Notes under the pieces: generated by a model | The model's input: only the letters and a program-made list of their open reading frames with translations | Told to the model about the DNA's origin: nothing | The model's database searches: none | Source of the DNA: Alphaproteobacteria bacterium | GTDB lineage: Bacteria; Pseudomonadota; Alphaproteobacteria; SMXP01 | Direction of reading: 5' to 3' | Assembly: GCA_028280675.1 (NCBI GenBank) | Contig: JANQLI010000148.1 | Location: 1 to 38,786, forward strand | DNA: 38,786 bases | In this document: positions 25,956 through 35,523 of the stretch, one piece after another | Numbering within the stretch: the first letter of the stretch is position 1 | How the letters are laid out: each line of letters begins with the position of its first letter | Position numbers and translations under genes: made by a program

Positions 25956-26266
25956 CGAAGACGGAAACAGATCAGTCTTGGGCATACACCCTTGAGTTTG
26001 AAGACACTGGAATAAGCTTAATGTGTCGTGCGTCGAAATCTGTTCTTGCAGAGCTTGAGAGACAACATTGTCAAACAGTGTCTATTGGTTGCCGTGGGGG
26101 TGGGTGTGGTGTGTGCCGTGTTGAAGTATTGATGGGGAAATATGCGGTTGGGACGATGAGTCGAGCGCAAGTGTCCTTAGAAGAAGAGAGATGTGGCATC
26201 GTATTAGCTTGTCAGCTTTATCCCGAAAGTGATTTGAAGCTTCGGGTGCTTAACCGAAAAAATTAA
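25952..26266 (+). CDS. xylT: XylT-type plant-like [2Fe-2S] ferredoxin (catechol dioxygenase reactivator), probable ATA start
   Basis: GCRGGGCGVCRV..MSRAQV..LACQ; immediately upstream of xylE. The frame is open from 25931 and the first ATG (26021) lies inside the domain. Confidence 0.82.
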   Translation: MAKTETDQSWAYTLEFEDTGISLMCRASKSVLAELERQHCQTVSIGCRGGGCGVCRVEVLMGKYAVGTMSRAQVSLEEERCGIVLACQLYPESDLKLRVLNRKN

Positions 26267-26313
26267 AATTGAGTAGTTATGGAATTTAATCAGGTGAGAG
26301 AGGAAATCGGAAA

Positions 26314-27237
26314 ATGGCAATGACAGGTGTACTGCGTCCAGGTTTCTGCCAATTGCGGGTCTTGGATATGGAAAAATCAATGGTTCACTATCGAGATCGG
26401 ATCGGTCTTGATGAAGTGAGTCAGGAAAAAGATGGTCGTGTGTATTTGAAAGCGCGCGATGAATTTGACCGCCATAGCATTATTTTGCGATCTGCCGATG
26501 AACCGGGTATGGATTGCATGGGTTTTAAAGTGTTAGATGACGAAAGCCTTACCCAGCTTGAAAAGGATCTCACCGCTTTTGGCGTGGATGTCGAGCATAT
26601 TGAGGCAGGTGAGCAGCCCGGTATCGGTCGGCGTATTCGTTTCCAAGCGCCTATGGGGCATATCTTTGATTTTTATGCGGAGATGGAAAAATCGGATAAA
26701 GGCCCAATGGTACAGGACCCGCATGTTTGGGATGAGCAACCCCGCGGTATGCGACCAATCCGTTTTGATCATTGCTTATTGTATGGTGATGAACTGGATG
26801 AAACAGCCGAGATTTTTCAAAAAGTCTTAGGCTTTCAAGTTTCTGAGGTCATTCGCGTTGAAGGGGACGTGATCAATGCATACTTCTTAACATGCAGCAC
26901 GAAGGCGCATGACATTGCTTTGATCCGCTTTCCTGAAAAAGGGAAGTTCCATCATTGCTCCTTTTTATTGGAAGACTGGAATGCCATTGGCAATGCGGCA
27001 GATATAATGACTCGTTACGATATCTCTGTTGATATTGGACCAACACGTCATGGTATTACGCGCGGTAAAACAATCTATTTCTTTGATCCATCGGGAAATC
27101 GCAATGAAGTTTTCTCAGGTGGCTACAACTTCTACCCTGACAATCCTCGCCGTGAATGGTGTGAAGAAGAAGTAGGACGTGCGATTTTCTATTACGAAAA
27201 GCAACTTAATGATCGCTTCATGGGAGTTGTGACCTAA
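26314..27237 (+). CDS. xylE: Catechol 2,3-dioxygenase
   Basis: 307 aa; GVLRPG, RFDHCLLYG, FHHCSF, DIGPTRHGITRGKTIYFFDPSGNRNEVF. Confidence 0.95.
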   Translation: MAMTGVLRPGFCQLRVLDMEKSMVHYRDRIGLDEVSQEKDGRVYLKARDEFDRHSIILRSADEPGMDCMGFKVLDDESLTQLEKDLTAFGVDVEHIEAGEQPGIGRRIRFQAPMGHIFDFYAEMEKSDKGPMVQDPHVWDEQPRGMRPIRFDHCLLYGDELDETAEIFQKVLGFQVSEVIRVEGDVINAYFLTCSTKAHDIALIRFPEKGKFHHCSFLLEDWNAIGNAADIMTRYDISVDIGPTRHGITRGKTIYFFDPSGNRNEVFSGGYNFYPDNPRREWCEEEVGRAIFYYEKQLNDRFMGVVT

Positions 27238-27331
27238 ACAGATATCACTCTGACTATTGATCATTAAGGATAGAAGGAAAATGTGGGGCAGGTATGTGAT
27301 TAAATCCTGATCATCACAAAGTTAGATACAC

Positions 27332-28798
27332 ATGACATCAAGAGAAATATTACATTTTATCGATGGGGCTTATACGGCTGGCTCATCTGGGCGGATGTAT
27401 GAGAATATCAATCCTGTGGATGGGAGTGTGATCTCACATATCTGTGAGGGGGGCCGTGACGATGTTGATCAAGCTGTGAGTGCCGCGCGTCGTGCACTTG
27501 CAGGCCCCTGGCGCGATATGACAGTTCAGCAGCGTTCAGATATTCTTTACCGGGTTGCCGACGGTATCACAGCACGATTTGATGAATTCCTTGAGGCCGA
27601 ATGTCTCGATACGGGTAAGCCTCATTCCTTGGCAAGGTCAATCGATATCCCTCGCGGTGCCGCAAACTTTAAGGTTTTTGCTGATCTTGTGAAAAATGTA
27701 CCTGCAGAATCCTTTGTAATGGATACACCTGATCAACAAGGTGCTGTGAACTATTCGATCCGTACACCCAAAGGGGTGATTGGCGTTATCTCACCATGGA
27801 ATCTGCCGCTTCTACTCATGACATGGAAGGTGGGTCCAGCCTTGGCCTGTGGAAATACGGTTGTTGTAAAGCCTTCCGAGGTAACGCCAACTACGACGGC
27901 ACTGCTTGGTGAGGTGATGAATGAAGCAGGCGTTCCACCCGGTGTGTACAATGTTGTGCATGGGTTTGGAGCGAATTCTGCGGGGGCCTTTTTGACAGAA
28001 CATCCAGATGTTGATGCCATCACATTCACAGGAGAGACATCAACGGGCACAGCGATTATGAAGGCTGCGTCTGAAGGGGTGCGTGATGTATCCTTTGAGC
28101 TGGGTGGGAAGAACCCTGCAATTGTTTTTGCCGATTGTGATCTCGATAAAGCCATTGAAGGAACCATGCGATCTGCTTTTGCAAATTGCGGTCAGGTCTG
28201 TCTCGGTACCGAGCGTGTTTATGTGGAGCGGCCAATCTTTGATGAATTCGTAAAGCGTCTCAAAGAGGGTGCTGAAGGCCTTGTGATCGGTCCACCTGAT
28301 ATGGAAGGGGCTGCGCTTGGTCCACTGGTGAGCCAGGAGCATCAGGATAAAGTTCTCAAATATTATGATCTTGCTGCGTCGTTAGGTGCCCAGATTGTTA
28401 CGGGTGGCGGCGCTCCGAGCATGAACGATGCACTGCAATCGGGATTCTGGGTGGAGCCGACTATTTGGACGGGATTACCCGATGATAGCCCCATCATGAA
28501 AGAAGAAATTTTTGGCCCATGCTGTCATATCACACCATTTGATTCAGAAGATGAAGTTATCGCTTTGGCAAATGATACGGATTATGGGTTGTGCTCGTCC
28601 GTGTGGACGGAAAATCTCTCAAAAGCGAACCGTGTTGCAGCGCAAATTGATTGTGGCATCACATGGGTGAACTCGTGGTTTTTGCGCGATCTTCGGACAC
28701 CTTTTGGTGGCGCAAAACAATCCGGTATCGGTCGCGAAGGTGGTGTTCATAGCTTGGAATTTTACACAGAGCTACGCAATATCTGTGTGAAGCTGTAG
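27332..28798 (+). CDS. xylG: 2-hydroxymuconic semialdehyde dehydrogenase
   Basis: DIPRGAANFKVFAD, PWNLPLLLMTWK, FTGET, FANCGQVCLGTER, WVNSWFLRDLRTPFGG. Confidence 0.95.
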   Translation: MTSREILHFIDGAYTAGSSGRMYENINPVDGSVISHICEGGRDDVDQAVSAARRALAGPWRDMTVQQRSDILYRVADGITARFDEFLEAECLDTGKPHSLARSIDIPRGAANFKVFADLVKNVPAESFVMDTPDQQGAVNYSIRTPKGVIGVISPWNLPLLLMTWKVGPALACGNTVVVKPSEVTPTTTALLGEVMNEAGVPPGVYNVVHGFGANSAGAFLTEHPDVDAITFTGETSTGTAIMKAASEGVRDVSFELGGKNPAIVFADCDLDKAIEGTMRSAFANCGQVCLGTERVYVERPIFDEFVKRLKEGAEGLVIGPPDMEGAALGPLVSQEHQDKVLKYYDLAASLGAQIVTGGGAPSMNDALQSGFWVEPTIWTGLPDDSPIMKEEIFGPCCHITPFDSEDEVIALANDTDYGLCSSVWTENLSKANRVAAQIDCGITWVNSWFLRDLRTPFGGAKQSGIGREGGVHSLEFYTELRNICVKL

Positions 28799-28804
28799 GG
28801 GATT

Positions 28805-29608
28805 GTGATGAGTACGATTAGTCACGATGATATTGAACGCGCCGCTTCTCAATTGAGGCAGGCGCACGAAAGTGGCGTTCCATGCGCGCCGCTCAATCAA
28901 TTCATTCCAGCAACGGATATTGAGGCCGGTTACGCCATCCAAAATATGAATACAGATTATTGGATTGCAGAAGGACGCAAACTTGTTGGCCGTAAAACAG
29001 GTTTAACCTCTAAAGCCGTACAGAACCAACTGGGAGTTAATCAACCCGATTTTGGAATGCTCTTTTCAGATATGGCGTATGCCGATGGTGAGGATATATC
29101 TCTATCACGGATGCTACAGCCCAAAGTCGAAGGTGAAATAGCATTTATTCTCGGCCAGGATCTCGATAGTGATCATCTGACATTGGCGGATGTGATAAGC
29201 GCTATTGATTATGCAGTTTGTGCCATTGAGATCGTCGATTCGCGTATTGCAGATTGGCAAATCAAGATTATGGATACCGTTGCAGATAATGCGTCATCGG
29301 GTCTTTACGTTTTGGGAAGTGAGCCGCGAAAACTCGGTGAATTTGATCCCCAACTTTGTGGTATGGTGATCGAACATCGAGGTGAGCCAATTTCGACTGG
29401 TGCTGGTGCCGCATGTTTGGGCAATCCGCTACATGCCACACTCTGGCTTGCAAAAATCATGGTTGATGTGAAACGTCCTTTGAAAAAAGGCGATACGGTC
29501 TTATCCGGTGCTCTTGGCCCAATGGTCAGTGTCACAGGCGAGGGCGTGTATGAGCTTCGCATTGATGGTGTGGGGTCTGTTCGCGCTTCTTTTGTTGATG
29601 GGAAATAG
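28805..29608 (+). CDS. xylJ: 2-oxopent-4-enoate hydratase
   Basis: GRKTGLTSKAVQNQLGVNQPDFG, QPKVEGEIAF, EIVDSRI, DTVADNASSG, LSGALGPMV. Confidence 0.9.
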   Translation: MMSTISHDDIERAASQLRQAHESGVPCAPLNQFIPATDIEAGYAIQNMNTDYWIAEGRKLVGRKTGLTSKAVQNQLGVNQPDFGMLFSDMAYADGEDISLSRMLQPKVEGEIAFILGQDLDSDHLTLADVISAIDYAVCAIEIVDSRIADWQIKIMDTVADNASSGLYVLGSEPRKLGEFDPQLCGMVIEHRGEPISTGAGAACLGNPLHATLWLAKIMVDVKRPLKKGDTVLSGALGPMVSVTGEGVYELRIDGVGSVRASFVDGK

Positions 29609-29618
29609 GTAATCGATA

Positions 29619-30557
29619 ATGTCTAAAGTGAAATGCGCTGTCATTGGATCGGGGAATATTGGAACTGATCTTATGATTAAAATTATCCGAACCAGTGAAA
29701 GTCTTGAGATGGCTGCCATGGTGGGTATTGATCCGGAGTCGGATGGACTTGCTCGTGCAGAGCGTATGGGCGTTGCTTCAACACATAGAGGTATTGATGG
29801 GTTAGTGGAACTAGACTCCTTTGCCGACATAAAAATCGTTTTTGATGCCACCTCAGCCTACGCACATCAAAATCACAATGATATTTTGCAGGCTCATGGC
29901 AAACAGGTTGTTGACCTAACACCAGCTGCCATTGGGCCGTTCACGGTTCCGGTTGTAAATATGGAGCAGAATCTTTCTGAGCAGAACGTCAATATGGTGA
30001 CATGTGGTGGGCAAGCGACGATTCCTATTGTTGCAGCGGTGAGCCGTGTTGCGAATGTGCCTTATGCAGAAATTGTGGCATCAGTATCTTCAAAATCGGC
30101 GGGGCCAGGGACACGTGCGAATATTGACGAGTTCACACGGACAACGGCCCAAGCGATTGAAAGCATCGGAGGTGCAAAAAAAGGTAAAGCGATTATCATA
30201 TTGAACCCGGCCGAACCACCAATGATTATGCGCGATACAGTGTTTACGCTTTCAGACATTGTAGATGAAAAACTCATCGAAGATTCTATTCATAAAATGG
30301 TGGCGGATGTTCAAGCTTATGTTCCCGGCTATCGTCTTAAACAAGATGTACAATTTGAGCGTTACGGTTCCAATAATCCATTGAAAATCCCTGGTTATGG
30401 TGAGTTTGAAGGTCTTAAGTCGTCCGTCTTTCTTGAGGTCGAGGGTGCAGCGCATTACCTGCCGGCCTATGCTGGGAATCTAGACATCATGACGTCTGCG
30501 GCCCTTGGCACGGCGGAGAAGATTGCAGAGCTAAAATACGGCGCTAAAGCGGCATAG
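29619..30557 (+). CDS. xylQ: Acetaldehyde dehydrogenase (acylating)
   Basis: [46 protein letters not shown]. Confidence 0.95.
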   Translation: MSKVKCAVIGSGNIGTDLMIKIIRTSESLEMAAMVGIDPESDGLARAERMGVASTHRGIDGLVELDSFADIKIVFDATSAYAHQNHNDILQAHGKQVVDLTPAAIGPFTVPVVNMEQNLSEQNVNMVTCGGQATIPIVAAVSRVANVPYAEIVASVSSKSAGPGTRANIDEFTRTTAQAIESIGGAKKGKAIIILNPAEPPMIMRDTVFTLSDIVDEKLIEDSIHKMVADVQAYVPGYRLKQDVQFERYGSNNPLKIPGYGEFEGLKSSVFLEVEGAAHYLPAYAGNLDIMTSAALGTAEKIAELKYGAKAA

Positions 30558-30571
30558 GTGGGATCAGTAAG

Positions 30572-31597
30572 ATGTCTAAAAAACTATATATTCAAGATGT
30601 GACGCTACGCGATGGGATGCATGCGATTAAACATCTCTATGGTGTGGATCAAGTACAAGCGATTGCCAAGGCGCTTGATGATGCGGGCGTGGATGCGATT
30701 GAAGTTGCCCATGGGGATGGTCTTTCCGGCACAAGTTTTAATTATGGATTCGGGACTCATACGGATTGGGAATGGTTGGAAGCTGCTGCTGATGTTCTGA
30801 ACAATGCTGTTCTCACCACACTTATCTTACCCGGTATTGCGACAGTGGAGGAACTTAAGCGTGCTTATGACCTCGGCGTGCGGTCTGTGCGTGTTGCGAC
30901 CCATTGCACAGAAGCTGATGTATCAAAACAGCATATCCAGATGGCACGTGAGATCGGGATGGATACCATTGGCTTCCTCATGATGAGTCACATGAATGAG
31001 CCCCAAAAGCTTGCGGAACAAGCAAAGCTGATGGAATCTTATGGGGCGCAATGTGTGTATGTTGTCGATTCGGGTGGTGCTTTGAACATGGATGATGTCC
31101 GAGATCGTCTTAAGGCGTTTGATGAGGTCTTAGACCCAAAGACAGAGCGTGGCATTCATGCCCATCAAAATTTATCGCTTGGTGTCGCAAATTCCATCGT
31201 GGCTGTGCAAAATGGTGTGCGGCGTGTTGATGCTTCTCTGGCAGGCATGGGTGCCGGTGCCGGAAATGCACCCTTGGAAGCCTTTATTGCATGTGCAAAC
31301 CGCTTGGGATGGGAGCATAATTGCGATCTATTCAAACTGATGGACGCGGCGGAGGATTTGGTCCGTCCCATACAAGACCGACCTGTGCGTGTTGATCGAG
31401 AAACATTAAGTCTTGGTTATGCAGGCGTTTATTCGAGCTTTCTGCGTCATGCAGAAACTGCTGCCGAAACTTATGGCTTGGATGTGCGTGAGATTCTTGT
31501 CGAGCTCGGTGCACGTAAAATGGTCGGCGGGCAAGAGGATATGATTGTGGATGTGGCGTTGGATATCTTGAAAGACCGTGAGGGGACGAGTGTATAA
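30572..31597 (+). CDS. xylK: 4-hydroxy-2-oxovalerate aldolase
   Basis: [49 protein letters not shown]. Confidence 0.95.
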   Translation: MSKKLYIQDVTLRDGMHAIKHLYGVDQVQAIAKALDDAGVDAIEVAHGDGLSGTSFNYGFGTHTDWEWLEAAADVLNNAVLTTLILPGIATVEELKRAYDLGVRSVRVATHCTEADVSKQHIQMAREIGMDTIGFLMMSHMNEPQKLAEQAKLMESYGAQCVYVVDSGGALNMDDVRDRLKAFDEVLDPKTERGIHAHQNLSLGVANSIVAVQNGVRRVDASLAGMGAGAGNAPLEAFIACANRLGWEHNCDLFKLMDAAEDLVRPIQDRPVRVDRETLSLGYAGVYSSFLRHAETAAETYGLDVREILVELGARKMVGGQEDMIVDVALDILKDREGTSV

Positions 31598-32367
31598 TGA
31601 CCGATATTCCACATATTGCAGAAATCGTTGATACTGCCGCTCACGATGCAACAGAAATCTCCCAGCTTTCATTAAGTGGTTACGACCTGACTCCGCAACA
31701 AGCCTATGACGTGCAGGCAGAATCCATAGATCGGCGTATGAAGCGAGGCGAGACTCTGATCGGTGTGAAGATGGGCATGACCTCACGTGCCAAAATGATT
31801 CAAATGGGTCTTGATGAGATGATGTGGGGGCGTCTTACGGATAAGATGCTTGTTGAGGATGGTGGAGAGATTGATCTCAAAGATTATGTCCACCCACGTG
31901 TTGAACCAGAAATTGCATTCCTGATGAAACAGGATTTATCGGGGAAGGTGAGTCCTCTACAGGCAGTGGAAGCCGTCAGCGCCATTGCTCCTGCTATAGA
32001 AATTATCGATAGCCGCTATAAAGATTTTAAGTTTAATGTCCCGGATGTTATCGCTGACAACACTTCCTCATCAAGTCTCGTGGTTGGCCCGTGGGCAAAG
32101 CCAGATATCAATATTGCAAATCTCGGTATGGTTATGGAGTTTGATGGTAAGGCTGTGGAGATAGGGTCATCCGCCGCTATACTCGGTCATCCAGCGCGAG
32201 CGCTTGCAGGGGCATCGCGATTAGTTGCTGAGCAAGGATTATCATTAAAGGCCGGTTGGATTGTTATGGCAGGTGGTGCAACGGCTGCTGTTGCTTTGAA
32301 GCCTGGTGTCCAGGTGCGCTTGAGTGTGGCTCAGCTCGGGCGCGTGAATTTTTCAGTTCTTCCTTAA
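31597..32367 (+). CDS. xylI: 4-oxalocrotonate decarboxylase
   Basis: GVKMGMTSRAKMIQMG, HPRVEPEIAF, EIIDSRYKDFKF..VIADNTSS. TAATG overlap with xylK. Confidence 0.92.
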   Translation: MTDIPHIAEIVDTAAHDATEISQLSLSGYDLTPQQAYDVQAESIDRRMKRGETLIGVKMGMTSRAKMIQMGLDEMMWGRLTDKMLVEDGGEIDLKDYVHPRVEPEIAFLMKQDLSGKVSPLQAVEAVSAIAPAIEIIDSRYKDFKFNVPDVIADNTSSSSLVVGPWAKPDINIANLGMVMEFDGKAVEIGSSAAILGHPARALAGASRLVAEQGLSLKAGWIVMAGGATAAVALKPGVQVRLSVAQLGRVNFSVLP

Positions 32368-32415
32368 TTATCTACTTCATAGATAGCTGTTTAGTATTTC
32401 ACAGTAGGTGGTGAA

Positions 32416-33123
32416 CTAGAGCGTTCCTGTCCGGAATGGTTTGTTGCAAACATGTGTTGCCATTATTCTTTCCGCTCTCGCTGAGTCGCGGTGAGAAATA
32501 ATATCCACGATTTGATCACGTTCTTTATTTGCCTCAGCGATGTTGGCATTAATTTTGGCGGATTGCCCGTTGAACAATAAGAACTCGGACATATGCCATT
32601 GATCGGCTACGCGCTTTGCAATCATCGGGCTACGAGCCATCGAACGTATCAAGCCGTAGAATTCAGAAAGAAGACTTAGAAAATTCTCAGACAATGCTTC
32701 ATCGATCTTTGGAGACGCATGATGGATTTTTTTTGATAGGTCAATTAGAAGCTGAATCTCGTTTTCATCATGCCGTTCGGCAGCTAAGCGAGCCATAAAG
32801 CCTTCTGCTTTGCCAAAAAGACGGAAGAAATCTTCAATCTCTATTCTTGTTGGTGAGATCACTTTCGAGCCAACTTGCGGCGTAATAATCAGATAACCAG
32901 CACTTCGCAAGTGACTCAAGGCCGCTGAGACTGGCGCACGACTTGTTTTGAACTCTTGCGCTAAGTGCAAAGAAGAAATGGGCTCGCCGAATAAGTAAAC
33001 CCCTCGTGCGAGTCTGTGTTCTAATACATCACAAATATATCCAGCTTTACCACCAAGTTTAGAATTGCGATTCTCAGAACGAACACTCCCTCGGTTGGTA
33101 TAAGATTGATCCTGTTGTCTCAT
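32416..33123 (-). CDS. GntR/FadR-family regulator, paralog 1
   Basis: wHTH GEPISSLHLAQEFKTSRAPVSAAL..LRSAGYL; FCD-like C-terminus (IVDII..RDSARAERIMATHV). Confidence 0.85.
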   Translation of the reverse strand: MRQQDQSYTNRGSVRSENRNSKLGGKAGYICDVLEHRLARGVYLFGEPISSLHLAQEFKTSRAPVSAALSHLRSAGYLIITPQVGSKVISPTRIEIEDFFRLFGKAEGFMARLAAERHDENEIQLLIDLSKKIHHASPKIDEALSENFLSLLSEFYGLIRSMARSPMIAKRVADQWHMSEFLLFNGQSAKINANIAEANKERDQIVDIISHRDSARAERIMATHVCNKPFRTGTL

Positions 33124-33242
33124 CTTGAAAGAATTGGTTTGAGTTATGTACTATAAAACTGCATTAGTTGTCAGAGGAATATGGTAAAGTGCTGCAAAGA
33201 GAATCATGCACTTCTATAACCTTACAATTCATTTATTCCCGC

Positions 33243-33917
33243 TTACGCAACCCAGGAATTTATTTCTTGATTATTATGCATCATGCTTCTGTTAAATTGA
33301 GTTGATTTCCCTTTTAAGAGCAAAGAGCGAATACTCTCTATTTCAACGAAGGGGAGGTCAAGTTTCTTCGCTAAGGATTGACAATACGCTGATGTGCCTA
33401 CCTCGCCTTTTTCATCAAGTATGTCACAGCATGTTATGACATCATAAGGTGTTAAATCGTTTATTAATTGATGTGCACCGGAAATTAATGTTTCGTCTAA
33501 AGAAAATGGTTTCCGTATGACGATGGGCATCACGTGACCAGGTGTTACCAAGTCATTTGCTGTAGCTATTTGTGAACCAGCGGTTCTAATTGTTAATGCG
33601 CGGTCAGCAGCAGAGATTCCGGTTCCATTGCAACTCGCGGCTTCGATAGATTTCAAGTATTCAGGCCTACTTGAGTTGTGTGATGAATTGCATTCCATAG
33701 TTCTCAAACCCAAACGGAAAGCTGTGCGTTCATCCAGCGCAATGCTTAAAAGTCCACGTCCTTCAATAGCCATCAGCGAAGCTAAGTCTTCATGTAGAAG
33801 AGCAGCTACGCCAACGAAAATCCCTCGACCAGCACCATTGTGATGAGATTTATGGCTTAAAATAATTAACTCGCCGCTGGATAGTGATTCTCTTAGGGAA
33901 TTGATGTCTGGTGTCAT
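33243..33917 (-). CDS. RibB (DHBP synthase)-like protein lacking catalytic residues
   Basis: Keeps SIEA..TGISAADRALTIR and DLVTPGHVMP, but lacks the DDEDRENEGD loop and the RxGHTE motif. Confidence 0.75.
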   Translation of the reverse strand: MTPDINSLRESLSSGELIILSHKSHHNGAGRGIFVGVAALLHEDLASLMAIEGRGLLSIALDERTAFRLGLRTMECNSSHNSSRPEYLKSIEAASCNGTGISAADRALTIRTAGSQIATANDLVTPGHVMPIVIRKPFSLDETLISGAHQLINDLTPYDVITCCDILDEKGEVGTSAYCQSLAKKLDLPFVEIESIRSLLLKGKSTQFNRSMMHNNQEINSWVA

Positions 33918-33973
33918 GCCCTGGCCTTTATGCCTTTCTGAAGAGTCCTTTGTGTTTAAATCCTGAGTTAGGC

Positions 33974-34003
33974 TAACATACTAGAATAATAGATAGATTC
34001 CAA
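33974..34003 (-). promoter_or_regulatory. Promoter candidate for the RibB-like gene with operator-like copy 8 (TAACATACTAGAATAATA, 33974-33991)
   Basis: Minus strand reads TTGGAA(34003-33998), 17 bp, TATGTT(33980-33975). Confidence 0.55.
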
Positions 34004-34201
34004 CAAAAATATCACATAGAATAAGGTATTAAAATCAGAGGGTTAAGAAGGATGTAACGTTAGCCTGAGCAGCAGGTGCCTTTAGAATATTGCTGAACTT
34101 ACATGTAAAACCGTTGGCTTATAATCCCTAAATACTATGTGGTTTTCTAAGATTACAGAGTTCCTCTTAGCTGCCAAATCTTCGTTTCCGTGTAAAAAGC
34201 C

Positions 34202-34234
34202 TAGCAAAATCTATAAAAGTATGCTAGTATGCAA
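34202..34234 (+). promoter_or_regulatory. Promoter candidate for the extradiol dioxygenase genes with operator-like copy 9 (AAGTATGCTAGTATGCAA, 34217-34234)
   Basis: TAGCAA(34202-34207), 17 bp, TAGTAT(34225-34230), preceded by TGn. Confidence 0.6.
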
Positions 34235-34266
34235 GCTGGCAATGAGTTCGTGAAGGAGTGAAATAG

Positions 34267-34533
34267 GTGAGCATTAATACGATCGAAAGAGTCCTATGGG
34301 AGGCGATCACATTCCCGGATAAAGCGGAAGTTTTTAGATCACAGCCCGAAGAACATTTTAACAGCTATTTTCATTTAACGTCGCAAGAGAAGCAATTATT
34401 GCATGAAATGGATGTACGCAAAATGGCTGATCTTGGTGCGAGTGAAATGCTTCTTATGCTTGCATGGCAGGTCGTCAGGGGCCCCGAGACTATGAATGAA
34501 TATATGGGACGCATGAATACGCCCAGCAGCTAA
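34267..34533 (+). CDS. LigA-type small subunit of a class III extradiol dioxygenase
   Basis: 88 aa with F..QPE..F..Y.LTSQEKQLL..MDV..M..LGAS.MLL pattern, AAGGAG RBS, directly upstream of a LigB-type gene. Confidence 0.75.
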   Translation: MSINTIERVLWEAITFPDKAEVFRSQPEEHFNSYFHLTSQEKQLLHEMDVRKMADLGASEMLLMLAWQVVRGPETMNEYMGRMNTPSS

Positions 34534-34572
34534 AGTTATGAAGAGAGAAGTCTCTAGAATAAGGAATCTACA

Positions 34573-35400
34573 ATGAGTGAAATAGTTGGTGGCTTTTTAA
34601 TGCCGCATGATCCTTTAATCTCAGCCGAACCAGATGCTCCACCAGCTGAGCAGCGTAAGGCAGTGAAAGATGCATTTGCGACAATAGCGAGCAGATTAAA
34701 AGAGTTGGACGTGGATACGGTGATTGTCGTTGGAGATGATCACTACACTGTTTTCGGTCCACAATGTATACCACGATATTTGATTGGCATTGGCGATGTT
34801 GAAGGACCAGCAGAGCAATGGCTCGGTATTTCACGTAGGCCTATTGAGAACAATGAACCACTTGCGAATCACATTATGCAAGTTGGGTTTGATAACGGTA
34901 TTGATTGGGCGGTTTCCAAAACCCTTCTTATGGACCATTCCACTATTATACCTATTCACTATACCTTAGGGGAAGGAAGTAAGATTAAGTCGATACCCGT
35001 TTATATTAATTCTGGTGTTATGCCGCTCATTTCGAGTCGCCGTGCGGCTGAAGTGGGTCAATTAATAAGAAAAGCTGTTGACTCGTGGTCAGGTGATGAA
35101 CGCGTGGCTATCTTAGGTACGGGTGGCATTAGTCATTGGGTCGGCATGGCTGATATGGGCAAGGTCAATGTGGAATGGGATAAGAAAGTTCTCTCTTTTG
35201 CTGAGGCCGGAGATATTGAAGGTCTGATCGCAATGGAAGACATGGATGTGTTCCATGAATCTGGAAATGGCGCACTTGAAATCAAGAACTGGATTGTGGC
35301 CATGGCAGCTGTACCGGAGATGAAGGCCGACATCATTGCCTATGAACCGATACCTGAATGGGTCTGTGGGTGTGGTTTTGCAGAGCTCAAGGCCGCTTAA
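34573..35400 (+). CDS. phnC: LigB-type extradiol dioxygenase large subunit, PhnC-like
   Basis: 275 aa; IVGGFLMPHDP, GDDH, MDHS, GTGGISHW, GNGALEIKNW. By my recall it closely resembles PhnC of Burkholderia RP007-type phn clusters. Confidence 0.78.
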   Translation: MSEIVGGFLMPHDPLISAEPDAPPAEQRKAVKDAFATIASRLKELDVDTVIVVGDDHYTVFGPQCIPRYLIGIGDVEGPAEQWLGISRRPIENNEPLANHIMQVGFDNGIDWAVSKTLLMDHSTIIPIHYTLGEGSKIKSIPVYINSGVMPLISSRRAAEVGQLIRKAVDSWSGDERVAILGTGGISHWVGMADMGKVNVEWDKKVLSFAEAGDIEGLIAMEDMDVFHESGNGALEIKNWIVAMAAVPEMKADIIAYEPIPEWVCGCGFAELKAA

Positions 35401-35523
35401 GTTCCAGTTGTAATATGAGAGGGGGTGGTCGGATATTATTTAAAATCTGTGGCCGCCGCCTCGATTGGGGTTTGTTGCGTAGAGCGCGTCACAGATATTG
35501 TTTTTTATTGAGCGTGTAAGAAG

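Noticed and set aside
33144-33161. TTATGTACTATAAAACTG upstream of GntR paralog 1 as another operator copy
   Set aside because: Too degenerate; the CTAG core and right half are not matched.
33243-33917. Annotating as functional ribB or as a pseudogene
   Set aside because: Catalytic motifs are missing, so ribB is unsupported. The frame is intact with a promoter candidate, so pseudogene is also unsupported.
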